Assembly (NCBI GenBank): GCA_011192125.1
Contig: DUEL01000002.1
Coordinates: 52,161 to 116,160 of the forward strand
DNA: 64,000 nucleotides
Reading direction: 5' to 3'
DNA from: Thermoflexia bacterium
GTDB taxonomy: Bacteria; Chloroflexota; Anaerolineae; B4-G1; DUEL01
Shown: one piece after another, positions 48,680 through 60,019 of the stretch
Position numbering within the stretch: position 1 is the first letter of the stretch
How the letters are laid out: every line of letters begins with the position of its first letter
Position numbers and translations under genes: made by a program
Notes under the pieces: generated by a model
What the model was told of the DNA's origin: nothing
Databases searched by the model: none
The model's input: the letters and a program-made list of their open reading frames with translations, nothing else

Positions 48680-49393
48680 TCAGTGATCCCCCCCTCTTCG
48701 TGGTGAGACACGGTCGATCAACCGCAAGACCCCCCGCTCCAGCCGGGCCTGGTAGCGGGCGAACAGGACGGCGAGGGCCGCACCACCGATCCCCAGCCCA
48801 ACCCATCCCCACCACGGCAAGGTGGTGGCGTTCGCGCCCACCCAACTGGCGATCCACAGGCCGGGCAGCCGCCCGACCGCCGCCAGGATCAGCATATAGG
48901 GAATCGGCAAAGGACTCAGGCCGATGAGGAAACAGAGCAAATCGTCGGGGAGGAAGGGGAGCAGAAAGGCGAGGAAAAAGAACACCGGACCCCGCCGCCG
49001 GGCGACCCGGTCCCACTTCGACAACCGTTCCGCCCCGACCAGGCGGGCCACCAATGGCCGACCAAACCACCGGGCCAGCCCCATCGCCAGCGCGGAGCCG
49101 AGCATCACCCCGATCAGACTGTAGAGGGTCCCCAGGCCAACGCCATAGAGATACCCGGCGACCAAGCCGACCGTCTGGCCGGGGATAGGGGCCAGGAGGA
49201 CCTGGAGGGTGTGGAGGAGGATCGCGACCACCGGCCCCCAGGGTCCGAACCCCGCCACCCAGGCTTGCACCGCCTCCTGATCCGCCAGGAGCCGGTACAG
49301 GTCGTCCCCCCACAGCAGGCCGACTGCCAGGAGGGAGAGGACCACGACCGCCAACCCGACCACCCGGCCGGTGGTCCAATCCTTTCGCTCCAC
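48680..49393 (-). CDS. TVP38/TMEM64 (DedA/SNARE-associated) family membrane protein
   Basis: LLAPIPGQTVGLVAGYLYG and FLPFLPDDLLCFLIGL motifs; start GTG 49393 (AGGGGGG SD) preferred over ATG 49477. Confidence 0.65.
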   Translation of the reverse strand: MERKDWTTGRVVGLAVVVLSLLAVGLLWGDDLYRLLADQEAVQAWVAGFGPWGPVVAILLHTLQVLLAPIPGQTVGLVAGYLYGVGLGTLYSLIGVMLGSALAMGLARWFGRPLVARLVGAERLSKWDRVARRRGPVFFFLAFLLPFLPDDLLCFLIGLSPLPIPYMLILAAVGRLPGLWIASWVGANATTLPWWGWVGLGIGGAALAVLFARYQARLERGVLRLIDRVSPRRGGDH

Positions 49394-49517
49394 GCGCCCC
49401 CCTATCAAGAAGCCCGGCTCCTTGCGGAGACCGGGCTCCTTCGCTCGAACCGGTTGGATGGGGCTGTCGGCCCCCATCCGCTACACGCCACGATCACCAA
49501 CCACGGCCCAAAGGGAA

Positions 49518-49919
49518 CTACCGCTTGGTGTACTGAGGGGCCTTCCGCGCCCGCTTGAGACCGGGCTTCTTCCGCTCCTTCACTCGGGCGTCCCGCGTGA
49601 GGAAACCGCCCTTACGCAGAATCGGCCGCAGTTCGGGATCCCACTTCAGAAGCGCGCGGGCGATCCCTAGCCGGACGGCCCCAGCCTGCCCGCTGATCCC
49701 ACCACCCCGGACCTTGACCGAGATGTCGAACCGGCCGTCGAGGCCGGTGGCCTTCAACGGCTCCAACAGGTGGATGATGTCCACCTCGCGGACGAAATAC
49801 TCCCGCAAGGGGCGGTCGTTGACCACGAACTCCCCCTTCCCGTCCGGGTACAGGCGGACGCGCGCCGTCGCCGTCTTCCTCCGTCCTACGCCTTCATAAT
49901 ACACTCGCTGCTCTGCCAT
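49518..49919 (-). CDS. rpsI: 30S ribosomal protein S9
   Basis: ...[23 protein letters not shown]... C-terminal KAPQYTKR. Confidence 0.95.
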   Translation of the reverse strand: MAEQRVYYEGVGRRKTATARVRLYPDGKGEFVVNDRPLREYFVREVDIIHLLEPLKATGLDGRFDISVKVRGGGISGQAGAVRLGIARALLKWDPELRPILRKGGFLTRDARVKERKKPGLKRARKAPQYTKR

Positions 49920-49942
49920 CCCCGATCTTCTCCTCCTTCACC

Positions 49943-50371
49943 CTAGAGGTCTAGAGGCTTGGGCCGTTGGGCTTTGTGCGGATGGTCCGGCCCGGCGTAC
50001 ACCTTCAACTTCTTGAACATCCGCCGCCCGAGCCGGTTCTTGGGCAACATTCCCCGTACCGCGTGCTCGATCACCCGGGTGGGGTGCCTGGCCAGCATAT
50101 CCCGCAACCGGACCGCCTTGAGGCCACCCGGATAACCCGAGTGGCGGTAGTAGTACTTCTGATCCAGTTTGCGCCCGGTCACCCGGATCTTCTCCGCGTT
50201 GATCACGATCACGTAGTCCCCCACGTCCACGGAGGGGGAGTAGTTCGGCTTGTGCTTGCCGCGGAGGATCTTGGCGATCTCACTCGCCAGACGCCCCAAC
50301 GTCTTCCCCTCGGCGTCGACGACAAACCACTCGCGTTCTACCTCGCTCGGTTTCGTTACGTAGGTCTTCAC
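49943..50371 (-). CDS. rplM: 50S ribosomal protein L13
   Basis: [30 protein letters not shown]; 142 aa; GTG start. Confidence 0.9.
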   Translation of the reverse strand: MKTYVTKPSEVEREWFVVDAEGKTLGRLASEIAKILRGKHKPNYSPSVDVGDYVIVINAEKIRVTGRKLDQKYYYRHSGYPGGLKAVRLRDMLARHPTRVIEHAVRGMLPKNRLGRRMFKKLKVYAGPDHPHKAQRPKPLDL

Positions 50372-50403
50372 CTTTCGCTCACTCCCGACAGAAATCGACT
50401 CGA

Positions 50404-51132
50404 TCAATACCTCACCTCGACAAGACACAACCCCTGGGGCGGGGCCGCCGGTCCGGCCTTGGACCGATCCCGCGAGGCCAGGACCTGAACAAACTCCTCT
50501 ACCGTCATCTGGCCCCGGCCCACCAGGAGCATCGTTCCCACCAACCGACGGACCATCCGGTAGAGAAAGGCGTTAGCCTCGATGTCGAAGTAGAGCCACG
50601 GCGGCTCGCCGCTCCACTCCGCCCGGAGCACTCGCCGCACGGTGTTGTTCCCCTTAGGAGGCCAGCCGAAGGCGGCGAAATCGTGCTCTCCCACGATCCT
50701 TCGCGCCGCCTCCTGCATCGCCTTCAGGTCCAGACGGTGCGGCTCGTGCATGCTGATCCGCCGGACCAACGGCGAACGGACCGGATGGTTGTACACCGTG
50801 TACCGGTAGTGCCGGCTGCGGGCGTCATATCGGGGGTGAAAGTCGGGCGATGCCTCCGCCACCTCCCAGATCGCTACGTCCGGCGGCAGCACCGCGTTCA
50901 ACGCCCGCTGGAGGTCCTCCAGCGAGTGCCGCCATTCGGTGTCGAAGGCGATCACCTGGCCTTCCGCATGGACCCCCGTGTCGGTGCGCCCTGCCGCCAG
51001 GATCTTCACCGGCTCTCCGGTAACTTTTGTTAAGGCTCGCTCCAGCGCTTCTTGAACCGTTGGACCGTTCGGCTGGCGCTGGAAACCCTGGTAATCGGTG
51101 CCGTCGTAAGCGACGACAGCCCGTATCCGCAT
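50404..51132 (-). CDS. truA: tRNA pseudouridine(38-40) synthase
   Basis: [34 protein letters not shown]...[15 protein letters not shown] catalytic Asp motif. Confidence 0.9.
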   Translation of the reverse strand: MRIRAVVAYDGTDYQGFQRQPNGPTVQEALERALTKVTGEPVKILAAGRTDTGVHAEGQVIAFDTEWRHSLEDLQRALNAVLPPDVAIWEVAEASPDFHPRYDARSRHYRYTVYNHPVRSPLVRRISMHEPHRLDLKAMQEAARRIVGEHDFAAFGWPPKGNNTVRRVLRAEWSGEPPWLYFDIEANAFLYRMVRRLVGTMLLVGRGQMTVEEFVQVLASRDRSKAGPAAPPQGLCLVEVRY

Positions 51133-51202
51133 ACCCTTTTCCGTTCCGCCGTGCGGTGAACCGCGCGGCTCCGTACGGGCGCAGCTTATCGCGCCCTCTA
51201 CC

Positions 51203-51224
51203 GCCGCGCGACAAATCGCGCGGC
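51203..51224 (-). terminator. GC-rich hairpin immediately after rplQ stop (end of alpha operon)
   Basis: On minus strand GCCGCGCGA-UUUG-UCGCGCGGC perfect 9-bp stem; no U-tract. Confidence 0.4.
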
Positions 51225-51637
51225 TACTCCTCCACCAACTCCAGGATCGCCATCGGGGCGGCGTCTCCCTTGCGCGGCCCCAACTTGATGATCCGCGTGT
51301 ACCCACCCGGACGGTCCATATAACGCGGGGCGATCTCGTCGAACAACTTCCGCACCAGATCCACCCGCGTCCCGTCCGGCTCTGTGACCCACCGGTTCAG
51401 CCGGGCCGCCGCCAGCCGCCGGGCGTGAACCCCGCGGGCGGGATCCTCCTTCTCCGCTGCCAGCCCCCGCTTCGCCAGGGTGATCAACTTCTCCACGTGG
51501 CGACGGACCGCCCGGGCCTTTGCCTCGGTCGTCTCGATCCGCTCGTGATAGATCACTGCCGAAACCAGGTTCCGAAACAACGCGCGGCGGTGGCCGCTCG
51601 ATCGGTTCAACTTCTTCCCTGCGACCCGATGTCGCAT
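51224..51637 (-). CDS. rplQ: 50S ribosomal protein L17
   Basis: [24 protein letters not shown]. Confidence 0.95.
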   Translation of the reverse strand: MRHRVAGKKLNRSSGHRRALFRNLVSAVIYHERIETTEAKARAVRRHVEKLITLAKRGLAAEKEDPARGVHARRLAAARLNRWVTEPDGTRVDLVRKLFDEIAPRYMDRPGGYTRIIKLGPRKGDAAPMAILELVEE

Positions 51638-51639
51638 CC

Positions 51640-52614
51640 CTACACCTCCGCCTCGGTCTCCCTCGACTCAGCCTGCTCTTCCAGATACGCCAGGTATCCC
51701 AACTCTTCCAACCGATCCTTCAACTCTTGCAGCGACTTGGCGCCGAAGTTGCGGATGCGAAGGACGGCGTTCTCGCCCTCCCTCAGCATATCCAGCACCT
51801 CACCCACCTTGGAGATGCCCGCCCGTCGCAGGGCGTTAAAGACCCGCACCCCCAACTGCAGATCCTCCAACGGCTTGTCATAGATACTCGCCGGGATCCC
51901 GGCCTCTTCCTCCTCCTCGACGACCACGACCTCTTCCTCCGTGATCCCCGCGATGAGCCGGAAGTGAGTGACCAGGATGCGGGCCGCCTCCTTCAGCGCC
52001 TCCATCGGCGCGATCCGACCGTCCGTCCATATCTCCATCGTCAGACGGTCGTAATCCGTCATCTGCCCCACCCGTGCCTTCTCCACATCGAAGGCGACAC
52101 GCCGGACGGGGCTGAAAATGGCGTCGACCGGCAGTTCGCCGATGCCCCTCCGGCCGCGCTCCTCGGCCGGTGAGTATCCCCGTCCCCACTCGACGGTGAA
52201 CTCCATCTCCACCCGCGCCTCGTCGGAGTCGGTGGTGAACAGGTAGAGATCGGGGTTGAGGATCTCGATCTCAGGAGGAGCCTGGATGTCGCCCGCTGTC
52301 ACGACGCCCTCGCCTCGGGCCTCCAAGTACATCCGCAGCGGCCCCTCCCCTTCCATCTTCAGCCGCAGTTTCTTGACCTGCAGGATGATCCGGACCACAT
52401 CCTCCCGCACGTGAGGGATCGTCGTGAACTCGTGCGGGACGTCGATGATCCGAACCGAGGTCACCGCTGCGCCGGGGAGCGAGGAAAGCAACACACGACG
52501 CAAGGCGTTCCCCAGGGTGACGCCGTAACCACTCTCCAGTGGGCCGATGATGTATCGGCCGTACTGTTGAGAGGTCGCATCAATTTCAATCTTGGGCAGT
52601 ACCGATGAGACCAC
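51640..52614 (-). CDS. rpoA: DNA-directed RNA polymerase subunit alpha
   Basis: [22 protein letters not shown]..., C-terminal alphaCTD. Confidence 0.95.
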   Translation of the reverse strand: MVSSVLPKIEIDATSQQYGRYIIGPLESGYGVTLGNALRRVLLSSLPGAAVTSVRIIDVPHEFTTIPHVREDVVRIILQVKKLRLKMEGEGPLRMYLEARGEGVVTAGDIQAPPEIEILNPDLYLFTTDSDEARVEMEFTVEWGRGYSPAEERGRRGIGELPVDAIFSPVRRVAFDVEKARVGQMTDYDRLTMEIWTDGRIAPMEALKEAARILVTHFRLIAGITEEEVVVVEEEEEAGIPASIYDKPLEDLQLGVRVFNALRRAGISKVGEVLDMLREGENAVLRIRNFGAKSLQELKDRLEELGYLAYLEEQAESRETEAEV

Positions 52615-52646
52615 CCCCTACCTCCCTTTCAAATCCGAACCGGGCC

Positions 52647-53285
52647 TTACCGTGAGTAGAACTCCACGACCAACTGCTCGTTGATCGGAATGTCGATATC
52701 CTCCCGGCGAGGCATCGCCAGCACCCGCGCAGAGAGGTTCTCCGGATCCAACTGCAACCACTCCGGAACCTTCTGGGCGTCCAGCACCTGTGCCCGTTCC
52801 TTAAAGTACGTGCGCTTTCGACTTCCCTCACGGACCGCGATGACGTCGTTGGGGCGCACCAGCATCGAGGGAATCGTCACCCGCCGGCCGTTGACGGTGA
52901 AATGGCCGTGTTGCACCAACTGGCGAGCCTGCGCCCGGGAGTCGGCGAACCCCAGCCGATAGATCACGTTGTCCAAACGCCGCTCCAGCAGGATGAGCAG
53001 GTTCTCGCCGGTGAGGCCAGGCATCCGCTCCGCCTCGCGGAAGTAGCGGCGGAACTGGCGCTCCAGCACGCCGTAGATCCGGCGGACCTTCTGCTTCTCC
53101 CGCAACTGGAGAGCGTAGTCGGACGGCCGCTGGCGCCGGAAGCGGGTGGTTATCCCGTGCTCGCCCGGCGGATAATCCCGCCGCTCCAGCGCGCACTTCG
53201 GCGAGTAGCAACGCATCCCCTTCAGATATAACTTCTGTCCCTCTCGACGGCACAGTTTGCAAACAGGGCCGATGTATCTGGCCAT
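52647..53285 (-). CDS. rpsD: 30S ribosomal protein S4
   Basis: [23 protein letters not shown]. Confidence 0.95.
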   Translation of the reverse strand: MARYIGPVCKLCRREGQKLYLKGMRCYSPKCALERRDYPPGEHGITTRFRRQRPSDYALQLREKQKVRRIYGVLERQFRRYFREAERMPGLTGENLLILLERRLDNVIYRLGFADSRAQARQLVQHGHFTVNGRRVTIPSMLVRPNDVIAVREGSRKRTYFKERAQVLDAQKVPEWLQLDPENLSARVLAMPRREDIDIPINEQLVVEFYSR

Positions 53286-53311
53286 ACTTCCTCCCAACAC
53301 TCCTCGTTCTG

Positions 53312-53707
53312 TTACACGCGCCGTTTCTTCGGCGGACGGCAGCCGTTATGCGGGATAGGTGTCACGTCGGTGATGGAGAGGATCTTCAACCCAGCCGCCT
53401 GGAGGGCCCGGATGGCCGCCTCCCGACCGGGGCCGGGCCCCTTCACGAACACGTCCACCTCCACCATCCCGTTCTCCATCGCGTCCCTCGCCGCCCGCTG
53501 GGCAGCCAGACGGGCAGCATACGGGGTGCTCTTCTTGGCTCCCTTGAACCCCACGGAGCCTGCGCTGGCCCAGTTGATCGTGTTCCCATTCGGGTCGGTG
53601 ATCGTGATGATCGTGTTGTTGAACGTCGCGTGGATATGGGCATGTCCCCGGGGGACGTTCCGCTTCACCCGGCGAGCCCCACGCCTCCTACCTCTCTGTC
53701 GCGCCAT
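53312..53707 (-). CDS. rpsK: 30S ribosomal protein S11
   Basis: [29 protein letters not shown]. Confidence 0.95.
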   Translation of the reverse strand: MARQRGRRRGARRVKRNVPRGHAHIHATFNNTIITITDPNGNTINWASAGSVGFKGAKKSTPYAARLAAQRAARDAMENGMVEVDVFVKGPGPGREAAIRALQAAGLKILSITDVTPIPHNGCRPPKKRRV

Positions 53708-53837
53708 ATTCCCTCCGTCCGTAATTCCCTTTCCGACTCCGGCGCAATGAATTGCGCTCCAGTGCAGTGTGACGAACTGCGCCGCTGACGGGGGACACGA
53801 TGAACCGCATCCCCGTGGGCACAATGAACCGCGCCTG

Positions 53838-54227
53838 CTACTTCTTCTTCATCCCACGGCGGCGGCCCCGACCCGGAACGGTCTTGCGCGGGCCGCGCTT
53901 CGTGCGGGCATTGGTGCGGGTCCGCTGCCCTCGCACCGGCAGGTTCATCCGATGACGCAACCCTCGGTAGCAACCGATCTCGATGAGGCGCTTGATGTTC
54001 ATCTGCACCTCACGCCGAAGGTCGCCCTCCACCGTATACTCCCGGTCGATGATCTCGCGGATTCGGGAGATCTCCGTCTCGGTCAGATCCTTCACCCGCT
54101 TGTTCGGATCGACCCCGGCCTTGCGCAGGATCTCGTTGCTCCGGGTCCTGCCGATGCCATAGATGTACGTCAGCCCAATCTCCACCCGCTTGTTTCGGGG
54201 CAGGTCCACACCTGCAATACGCGCCAT
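53838..54227 (-). CDS. rpsM: 30S ribosomal protein S13
   Basis: [26 protein letters not shown]. Confidence 0.95.
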   Translation of the reverse strand: MARIAGVDLPRNKRVEIGLTYIYGIGRTRSNEILRKAGVDPNKRVKDLTETEISRIREIIDREYTVEGDLRREVQMNIKRLIEIGCYRGLRHRMNLPVRGQRTRTNARTKRGPRKTVPGRGRRRGMKKK

Positions 54228-54247
54228 ACCTTCCCTCCGTCGTCTCC

Positions 54248-54361
54248 TTACCCTTGACGCTGCTTATGTTTTGGATTCTCGCAGATCACCCGCACCACGC
54301 CCTTCCGGCGGATGATCTTGCACTTCGGACAACGCCGTTTCACAGACGGTGATACCTTCAT
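54248..54361 (-). CDS. rpmJ: 50S ribosomal protein L36
   Basis: Manual translation of minus strand: [37 protein letters not shown]; not in ORF track as own entry. Confidence 0.9.
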   Translation of the reverse strand: MKVSPSVKRRCPKCKIIRRKGVVRVICENPKHKQRQG

Positions 54362-54409
54362 TTCTTCTGCTCCTTACTTCCCTGCTTCCTCGCTTCCTCA
54401 AATAAACCG

Positions 54410-55171
54410 CTACAATCTGGTCAGAATCTCTGCTTCTCCGTCCCGCACGAGGATCGTGTGCTCGAAATGAGCGGTGAGCCGTCCGTCGGCGGAAACCACG
54501 GTCCAATGATCGTCCAGCACCCGCACGTGGTAATCACCAGCCAGCACCATTGGCTCCAGGGCGATGGTCATTCCGGATCGGAGTAGCACCCCGTGCCCCG
54601 GCTGACCAAAATTCGGCACCTGCGGGTCCTCGTGCATCCGCCGGCCGATCCCGTGTCCGGTGTACTCCCGAACGACGTTGAAGCCGTGCCGCTCCACGTA
54701 CCGCTGGATGGCAGCGGAGACATCGCCAGTCCGGTTCCCCGCCCGCGCCTGGGCGATGCCGGCGTACAGCGCCCCCTCCGTCACCTCCAGCAACCGCCGG
54801 GCCTCCTCGCCGATCTCCCCCACCGGGAAGGTCCGGGCCGCGTCCCCGTGGTATCCCTCGTAAATGGCCCCCACATCCACGCTCAGGATATCACCCTCCC
54901 GCAGGACCCGAGGGCCCGGGATCCCGTGGACCAGCTCCTCGTTCACCGACGCGCAGATGGCCGCTGGAAACGGGTATGGACCACCCGGCGGGTACCCCTT
55001 GAAAGAGGGGATCGCGTTATACCGCCGGATCACTTCCTCTGCCAGCACGTTCAACTCCGCCGTCGTGACCCCCGGAGCCACCCGCTCCCCGATCCGCGCC
55101 AGGACCTCGGCCACGATCCGACCGGCGCGGCGCATCTTCTCCACTTCCGACGGTGTCTTGATGTGGATCAT
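54410..55171 (-). CDS. map: methionine aminopeptidase type I
   Basis: MIHIKTPSEVEKMRRAGRIVAEVL..., metal ligands D..D..H..E..E pattern. Confidence 0.9.
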   Translation of the reverse strand: MIHIKTPSEVEKMRRAGRIVAEVLARIGERVAPGVTTAELNVLAEEVIRRYNAIPSFKGYPPGGPYPFPAAICASVNEELVHGIPGPRVLREGDILSVDVGAIYEGYHGDAARTFPVGEIGEEARRLLEVTEGALYAGIAQARAGNRTGDVSAAIQRYVERHGFNVVREYTGHGIGRRMHEDPQVPNFGQPGHGVLLRSGMTIALEPMVLAGDYHVRVLDDHWTVVSADGRLTAHFEHTILVRDGEAEILTRL

Positions 55172-55833
55172 CCCACCCCGCAGGCCGACCGGACAGCCGA
55201 CCAGAGGTCCGCCTGGACGTCCTCGATGGACTGCTCCCCGTTGATCTCGACCAACAGGCCCGCCTGGCGGTAGTAATCCACCAACGGCGCCGTCTGCTCT
55301 TTGTAGACCTCCAGCCGACGCCGATGGGCCTCGGGGGTCTCGTCCGAACGCTGGTACAGTTCCCCTCCGCAGGCGTCGCAGACGCCAGGCTGCTTCGGCG
55401 GGTTGAACAGGGTGTGATACACCACCCCACACTTCCGGCAGGTCCACCGCCCGGCCAACCGGGCCAGCGCCACCTCCTCGCTGACCCGGATCAGCGGAAC
55501 GATGTCCAACCCCGTTCCCATCTGGTCCAGGACGCGCTCCAGCGCCTCCGCCTGGGCCACCGTGCGGGGGAAACCGTCCAGCACGAACCCGTCGGCGCAG
55601 TCGGGGCGGGCCAGCCGCTCGGCGACCATCCCGATGGTGATCTCGTCGGGGACCAGGTCCCCGCGGTCGATGTAGGCCCGCGCCTGCAGACCCAACTCCG
55701 TTCCTTTGTTTAGGTGCTCACGAAACAGATCGCCGCTTGCCACGTGGGGCACTCCCAACGATGCGGCGAGCCGCTCAGCCTGCGTGCCCTTGCCCGCACC
55801 GGGCAATCCCAGCAGGACGACTCGACAACCCAT
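55168..55833 (-). CDS. adk: adenylate kinase (zinc-lid type)
   Basis: LLGLPGAGKGTQAERL, lid CRKCG...CDACGG. Confidence 0.95.
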   Translation of the reverse strand: MGCRVVLLGLPGAGKGTQAERLAASLGVPHVASGDLFREHLNKGTELGLQARAYIDRGDLVPDEITIGMVAERLARPDCADGFVLDGFPRTVAQAEALERVLDQMGTGLDIVPLIRVSEEVALARLAGRWTCRKCGVVYHTLFNPPKQPGVCDACGGELYQRSDETPEAHRRRLEVYKEQTAPLVDYYRQAGLLVEINGEQSIEDVQADLWSAVRSACGVG

Positions 55834-55843
55834 TCCGGCTCCT

Positions 55844-57178
55844 CTACTTCTTGATGAACCCCTCGTAGTGACGCATCAACAACTGGGCCTCCAACTGCCG
55901 CATCGTGTCCACCACGACGCCGACCACGATGAGGAGACCCGCCGAGGTGATGATCAAGACGCGCGTGTTCATCATCAACTGGGTGATGAAGGGCAACACG
56001 GCCACACCACCCAGAAAGAGCGCACCGGCCAGCGTGATCCGCTGGTACACCTTGTTAATGTACTCCTCCGTCCGCTTACCCGGCCGGACACCCGGGATGG
56101 AGCCGCCCTGTCTGCGCAACGCCTCGGCAAGGTTCTGCTGCTCGATCAGAACGAAGGTGTAGAAGTACGTGAACCCGACGACGGCGAAAAAGTAGAGCAG
56201 ACCGTAGAGCAACGTCGTATACCACTCGGTCGTCGCGCCACTGAAGAAGTTCATGATGTTGCGAGCGGTCTCCGCCACGCTCGGGTTCTCCGACCCGGCG
56301 AAGAACTGGGCGATGACGGCCGGGAAGGTCAGGATCGACTGGGCGAAGATCAGCGGGATCATCCCCGCCGTGTTCACCCGCAGGGGGATGTAGGTGGCCC
56401 CCCCGGCGTACATCCGCCGCCCGCGCACCCGCTTGCCGTATTGGACCGGGATCCGCCGCTGGCCCTCCTGCACGTAGACGATCACGAACACCGTCAGCGC
56501 GGTGATGATGGCGAAGAACAGGATCCCCATCCACCCGTCCGTCGTGTAGATCCGCGCGATATTGACCGGCGCTCGGGCGACGATCCCACCGAAGATGATC
56601 AGGGAAAGCCCGTTGCCAATGCCCTGCTCACTGATCAGATCGCCCAACCAGATGGCGAACATCGTTCCGGCGGTCATCGCCACCAGAACCGAGATGGTCG
56701 GTAAGACATAATCCGGCCGGTGGAAGCCGAACCGCGGCAGGATCGGCGTCCCTCCGGCGGCCTGGGTGAACAACTGGGCCTGTCCCCAAGCCTGCAGTGC
56801 TGCCAGCGGGATCGTGATGTAGTACGTCCACTGGTTCAACTTCCGCTGACCCGCTTCTCCCTCCTCCTCGATCATCCGCTGCAGGCTCGGGATGACCGGG
56901 ACCAACAACTGGAGGATAATAGAAGCGTTGATGTAGGGGTAGACCCCGTTAGCCAGGATGGAGTAATAGGCCACTGCGCCGCCGGAAAGCATATCCAGCA
57001 GGTTGACCAACTGGGCCGCCCCGCCGGTCCCTGCCAGCAACTGCTCGAGGGCATCCCGGTTGATCCCCGGCACCGGCACATGGGCGGCGGCCCGGAAGAT
57101 CACCAGCAGGAGCAGCGTATAGAACAGCCGCCGTCGCAGGTCGGGCAGACGCAGGGCATTGCGCAACGCTTCGATCAT
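55844..57178 (-). CDS. secY: preprotein translocase subunit SecY
   Basis: 444 aa, 10 TM, conserved SecY motifs. Confidence 0.95.
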   Translation of the reverse strand: MIEALRNALRLPDLRRRLFYTLLLLVIFRAAAHVPVPGINRDALEQLLAGTGGAAQLVNLLDMLSGGAVAYYSILANGVYPYINASIILQLLVPVIPSLQRMIEEEGEAGQRKLNQWTYYITIPLAALQAWGQAQLFTQAAGGTPILPRFGFHRPDYVLPTISVLVAMTAGTMFAIWLGDLISEQGIGNGLSLIIFGGIVARAPVNIARIYTTDGWMGILFFAIITALTVFVIVYVQEGQRRIPVQYGKRVRGRRMYAGGATYIPLRVNTAGMIPLIFAQSILTFPAVIAQFFAGSENPSVAETARNIMNFFSGATTEWYTTLLYGLLYFFAVVGFTYFYTFVLIEQQNLAEALRRQGGSIPGVRPGKRTEEYINKVYQRITLAGALFLGGVAVLPFITQLMMNTRVLIITSAGLLIVVGVVVDTMRQLEAQLLMRHYEGFIKK

Positions 57179-57208
57179 CGTCGCTCCCCCTCTCCTCTAT
57201 CCCCGGCG

Positions 57209-57694
57209 CTACCGGGTCCTCCGACCGCCCCGCTGCCAGGGCAGTTCCACTACCGTCCCCCCGGCCGCCTCGATCTTCTCCCGCGCGCTGGCGGAGAACC
57301 GGTGGGCCTTGAAGGTCAGGGGGCGATCGATCTCCCCGCGGCCCAGGATGACCACCAACTCGTCCGCCCGCTTGATGATGCGGGCTTCCGCCAGCGTCTC
57401 CGGCGAGACCTCGCTCCCCGCCGGGAACCGCTCCGGATCTAACCGGTCCAGGTTGACCGGGGTGAAGCGGACCCGCCAGGGGTCGCGGAAGCCGACGCCT
57501 CGGGCGAAGGGGAGCCGTCGCACCAGCGGCAACTGACCGCCTTCGAAGTACGGAGGCAGGCTGCCACCGCTGCGCGCCTTCTGCCCCTTGGTGCCCCGGC
57601 CCGCCGTCTTCCCCTGCCCGGCGGCGATCCCGCGGCCGACCCGCTTACGACGCTTCTTCGATCCCTTGGCCGGACGCAACTCGTGCAACTTCAT
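57209..57694 (-). CDS. rplO: 50S ribosomal protein L15
   Basis: [22 protein letters not shown]. Confidence 0.95.
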   Translation of the reverse strand: MKLHELRPAKGSKKRRKRVGRGIAAGQGKTAGRGTKGQKARSGGSLPPYFEGGQLPLVRRLPFARGVGFRDPWRVRFTPVNLDRLDPERFPAGSEVSPETLAEARIIKRADELVVILGRGEIDRPLTFKAHRFSASAREKIEAAGGTVVELPWQRGGRRTR

Positions 57695-57897
57695 ACTTCG
57701 ACCTCTTCCACCTTGACCAGATGTTGGACCTTCGCCACCATCCCACGGATGACCGGCGTGTCCTCTTTCTCCACCGTCTGGTGCATCCGGCGCAGGCCCA
57801 ACGCCCGCACCGTCCCCTTCTGCCGCTTGGAATAGCCGATGGGGCTCTTGACCAGCGTGATGCGCAGTACCTTCTTCTTGCTCTTTCCCTTGCTCAT
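57691..57897 (-). CDS. rpmD: 50S ribosomal protein L30
   Basis: [27 protein letters not shown]. Confidence 0.9.
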   Translation of the reverse strand: MSKGKSKKKVLRITLVKSPIGYSKRQKGTVRALGLRRMHQTVEKEDTPVIRGMVAKVQHLVKVEEVEV

Positions 57898-58433
57898 CGT
57901 CTCCGCATCCAGAAGGGCATCACTCGGGCCTCCGGGAGCCCGCGCTCCCGGGCGACCTCCTCCACGCTGCGCAACTGGCTCAGCGCGTCCATCGTGGCCT
58001 TGACCACGTTCAGGATGTTCGAACTACCCAGCGACTTGGTCAGCACGTCGCGGACCCCAGCCGCCTCCAGCACGGCGCGGACACCGCCGCCGGCGATGAC
58101 GCCCGTACCAGGGGAGGCGGGCTTCAGGAGCACCCTCGCCCCGCCGCAGCGCCCGATCACCTCGTGGGGGATGGTCGTCCCCACCAGGGGGATGGGGCGC
58201 ATCGACCGGCGCGCCCGCTCCAGCGCCTTCCGAATGGCATCGGGCACGCCGCGGGCCTTCCCCACGCCGATGCCCACCTGCCCGTTGTTATCGCCCACGG
58301 CGACGACCACGCGGAAGGAGAAGTGCCGTCCCCCCTTCACCACCTTTGACACACGGGTGATGTCGATGACCCGCTCGTCCAGTTCCTGCTGTTCGGTCTC
58401 AAATACCTCCCGGTCACGCAAAGGGCCTTCCAT
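57894..58433 (-). CDS. rpsE: 30S ribosomal protein S5
   Basis: [34 protein letters not shown]. Confidence 0.95.
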   Translation of the reverse strand: MEGPLRDREVFETEQQELDERVIDITRVSKVVKGGRHFSFRVVVAVGDNNGQVGIGVGKARGVPDAIRKALERARRSMRPIPLVGTTIPHEVIGRCGGARVLLKPASPGTGVIAGGGVRAVLEAAGVRDVLTKSLGSSNILNVVKATMDALSQLRSVEEVARERGLPEARVMPFWMRRR

Positions 58434-58451
58434 AAATCCTTTCTCCCGTGG

Positions 58452-58817
58452 CTAAAACTCCAGGCCCCCCTCGCGGGCGCCGTCGGCCAGGGCCTTCACC
58501 CGGCCATGGTACTTGTAGCCAGCGCGGTCGAAGACGACCTTGGTGATTCCCTTCTCCAGCGCGCGGGCCGCGACAACCTTGCCCACGATCCGCGCCTGTT
58601 CGACCTTGCTGAGCCCATCCAACTGTGGACGCACCTCCGGGTCCAGCGTCGAGGCGGACGCCAGGGTGTGCCCCTTGGTGTCGTCGATGACCTGGGCGTA
58701 GATGTGGCGCAGGCTGCGGAAAACGTTCAGACGCGGACGCTCCGGCGTCCCAAAGACCTTCTTCCGCACGTGCTTGCGCCGTCTTTCCCTTCCCAAACGC
58801 CGATCTTTCTCCGCCAT
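58452..58817 (-). CDS. rplR: 50S ribosomal protein L18
   Basis: [18 protein letters not shown]. Confidence 0.95.
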   Translation of the reverse strand: MAEKDRRLGRERRRKHVRKKVFGTPERPRLNVFRSLRHIYAQVIDDTKGHTLASASTLDPEVRPQLDGLSKVEQARIVGKVVAARALEKGITKVVFDRAGYKYHGRVKALADGAREGGLEF

Positions 58818-58830
58818 TCCGACCTCACTC

Positions 58831-59361
58831 CTACGCCATCTTGCCGGCTTTGCCGCTCTTCCGTCGGATCTGTTCGCCGACGTAGCGGATGCCCTTGCCC
58901 TTGTACGGCTCCGGCGGGCGCTTGGCCCGGATCTCCGCCGCGACCCGCCCCACCAGTTCCTTGTCGATGCCCCGCACAGTGATCACCCGCGATCGGGAGT
59001 CCACCTCGAACTGGATCCCCTCCGGCGGCTTGACGTACACCGGGTGCGAGAAGCCCAGATGCATCACCAGACTACCGTCGGACTGGAGGTCCACCCGATA
59101 CCCCACCCCGTGCACCTCCAACTGCTTCTCGAACCCCTGGGAGACCCCGATCACCATGTTGTTCAACAGGGCGCGGGTCAGCCCGTGCAGGGCCTTGTGG
59201 TGGCGCTGGTCGGTCGGACGATAGACCCGCAGGACGTTGTCCTCCAGCACGATCCGCATCGCCGGATCGAAGGTCCGGGTCAGCTCTCCCTTTGGACCCC
59301 GGACCGTCACCCGGCTCCCCTGAATTTCCACCGTTACCCCTTCCGGAAGGGGGATCGGCAT
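58831..59361 (-). CDS. rplF: 50S ribosomal protein L6
   Basis: [25 protein letters not shown]. Confidence 0.95.
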   Translation of the reverse strand: MPIPLPEGVTVEIQGSRVTVRGPKGELTRTFDPAMRIVLEDNVLRVYRPTDQRHHKALHGLTRALLNNMVIGVSQGFEKQLEVHGVGYRVDLQSDGSLVMHLGFSHPVYVKPPEGIQFEVDSRSRVITVRGIDKELVGRVAAEIRAKRPPEPYKGKGIRYVGEQIRRKSGKAGKMA

Positions 59362-59398
59362 GCGTCCAATACGAGACACGGGAACCTCCCTCGCTGGT

Positions 59399-59812
59399 CT
59401 ACCACACGTAGCAGATGATCTCACCGCCGACGCCCAACCGGCGGGCCTGCTGGCCGGTGAGCACGCCCTTGGGTGTGGTCAGAATGGCGATGCCCATCCC
59501 GCTCTTCACCCAGGGGATGTCCTTCGCCTTGGTGTAGATGCGGCGACCGGGCTTGCTCACCCGCTTCAGCCCTCGGATCACCGGGCGCCGGTTCCGGCGC
59601 TCACCCACGTACTTCAGGCGAATCAACAGGCGGTAGCGCGGCTGTTCGTCGTACTCACGAACCTCGTAGTCCTCGATGAACCCCTCTTCTTTCAATATCC
59701 GCGCGATCGCCACCTTCATCTTCGATGAGGGCATCTCAACGGTCGGATGCCCCACCGCAATGGCGTTGCGGATGCGTGTGAGCATGTCGGCAATCGGGTC
59801 TGTCACAGTCAT
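59399..59812 (-). CDS. rpsH: 30S ribosomal protein S8
   Basis: [17 protein letters not shown]. Confidence 0.95.
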   Translation of the reverse strand: MTVTDPIADMLTRIRNAIAVGHPTVEMPSSKMKVAIARILKEEGFIEDYEVREYDEQPRYRLLIRLKYVGERRNRRPVIRGLKRVSKPGRRIYTKAKDIPWVKSGMGIAILTTPKGVLTGQQARRLGVGGEIICYVW

Positions 59813-59822
59813 CGGTCCGCCC

Positions 59823-60005
59823 CTACCAACTCGCCTTAGCCAAACCTGGGATCTTTCCTTCCAAAGCCAACTCGCGCAGACAGATCCGACAGAGGCCGAA
59901 CTTCCGGTAATAGCCACGCGGTCGGCCACAGCGCTTGCACCGATTGCGCACCTGCACCTTGTACTTTCGCCGCAACTCTCGATATGGCAGGCACTTCCTC
60001 GTCAT
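59823..60005 (-). CDS. rpsZ: 30S ribosomal protein S14 type Z (zinc-binding)
   Basis: 60 aa, [20 protein letters not shown]. Confidence 0.9.
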   Translation of the reverse strand: MTRKCLPYRELRRKYKVQVRNRCKRCGRPRGYYRKFGLCRICLRELALEGKIPGLAKASW

Positions 60006-60019
60006 ACCTTCCTCCGTCC

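Noticed and set aside
54362-54409. Search for infA between map and rpmJ
   Set aside because: Only 48 nt are available and no OB-fold IF-1-like ORF is present in any frame.
54264-54506. 80-aa minus ORF from track
   Set aside because: A different frame of the same DNA encodes a perfect L36 (rpmJ), and the 80-aa product is Arg-rich nonsense.
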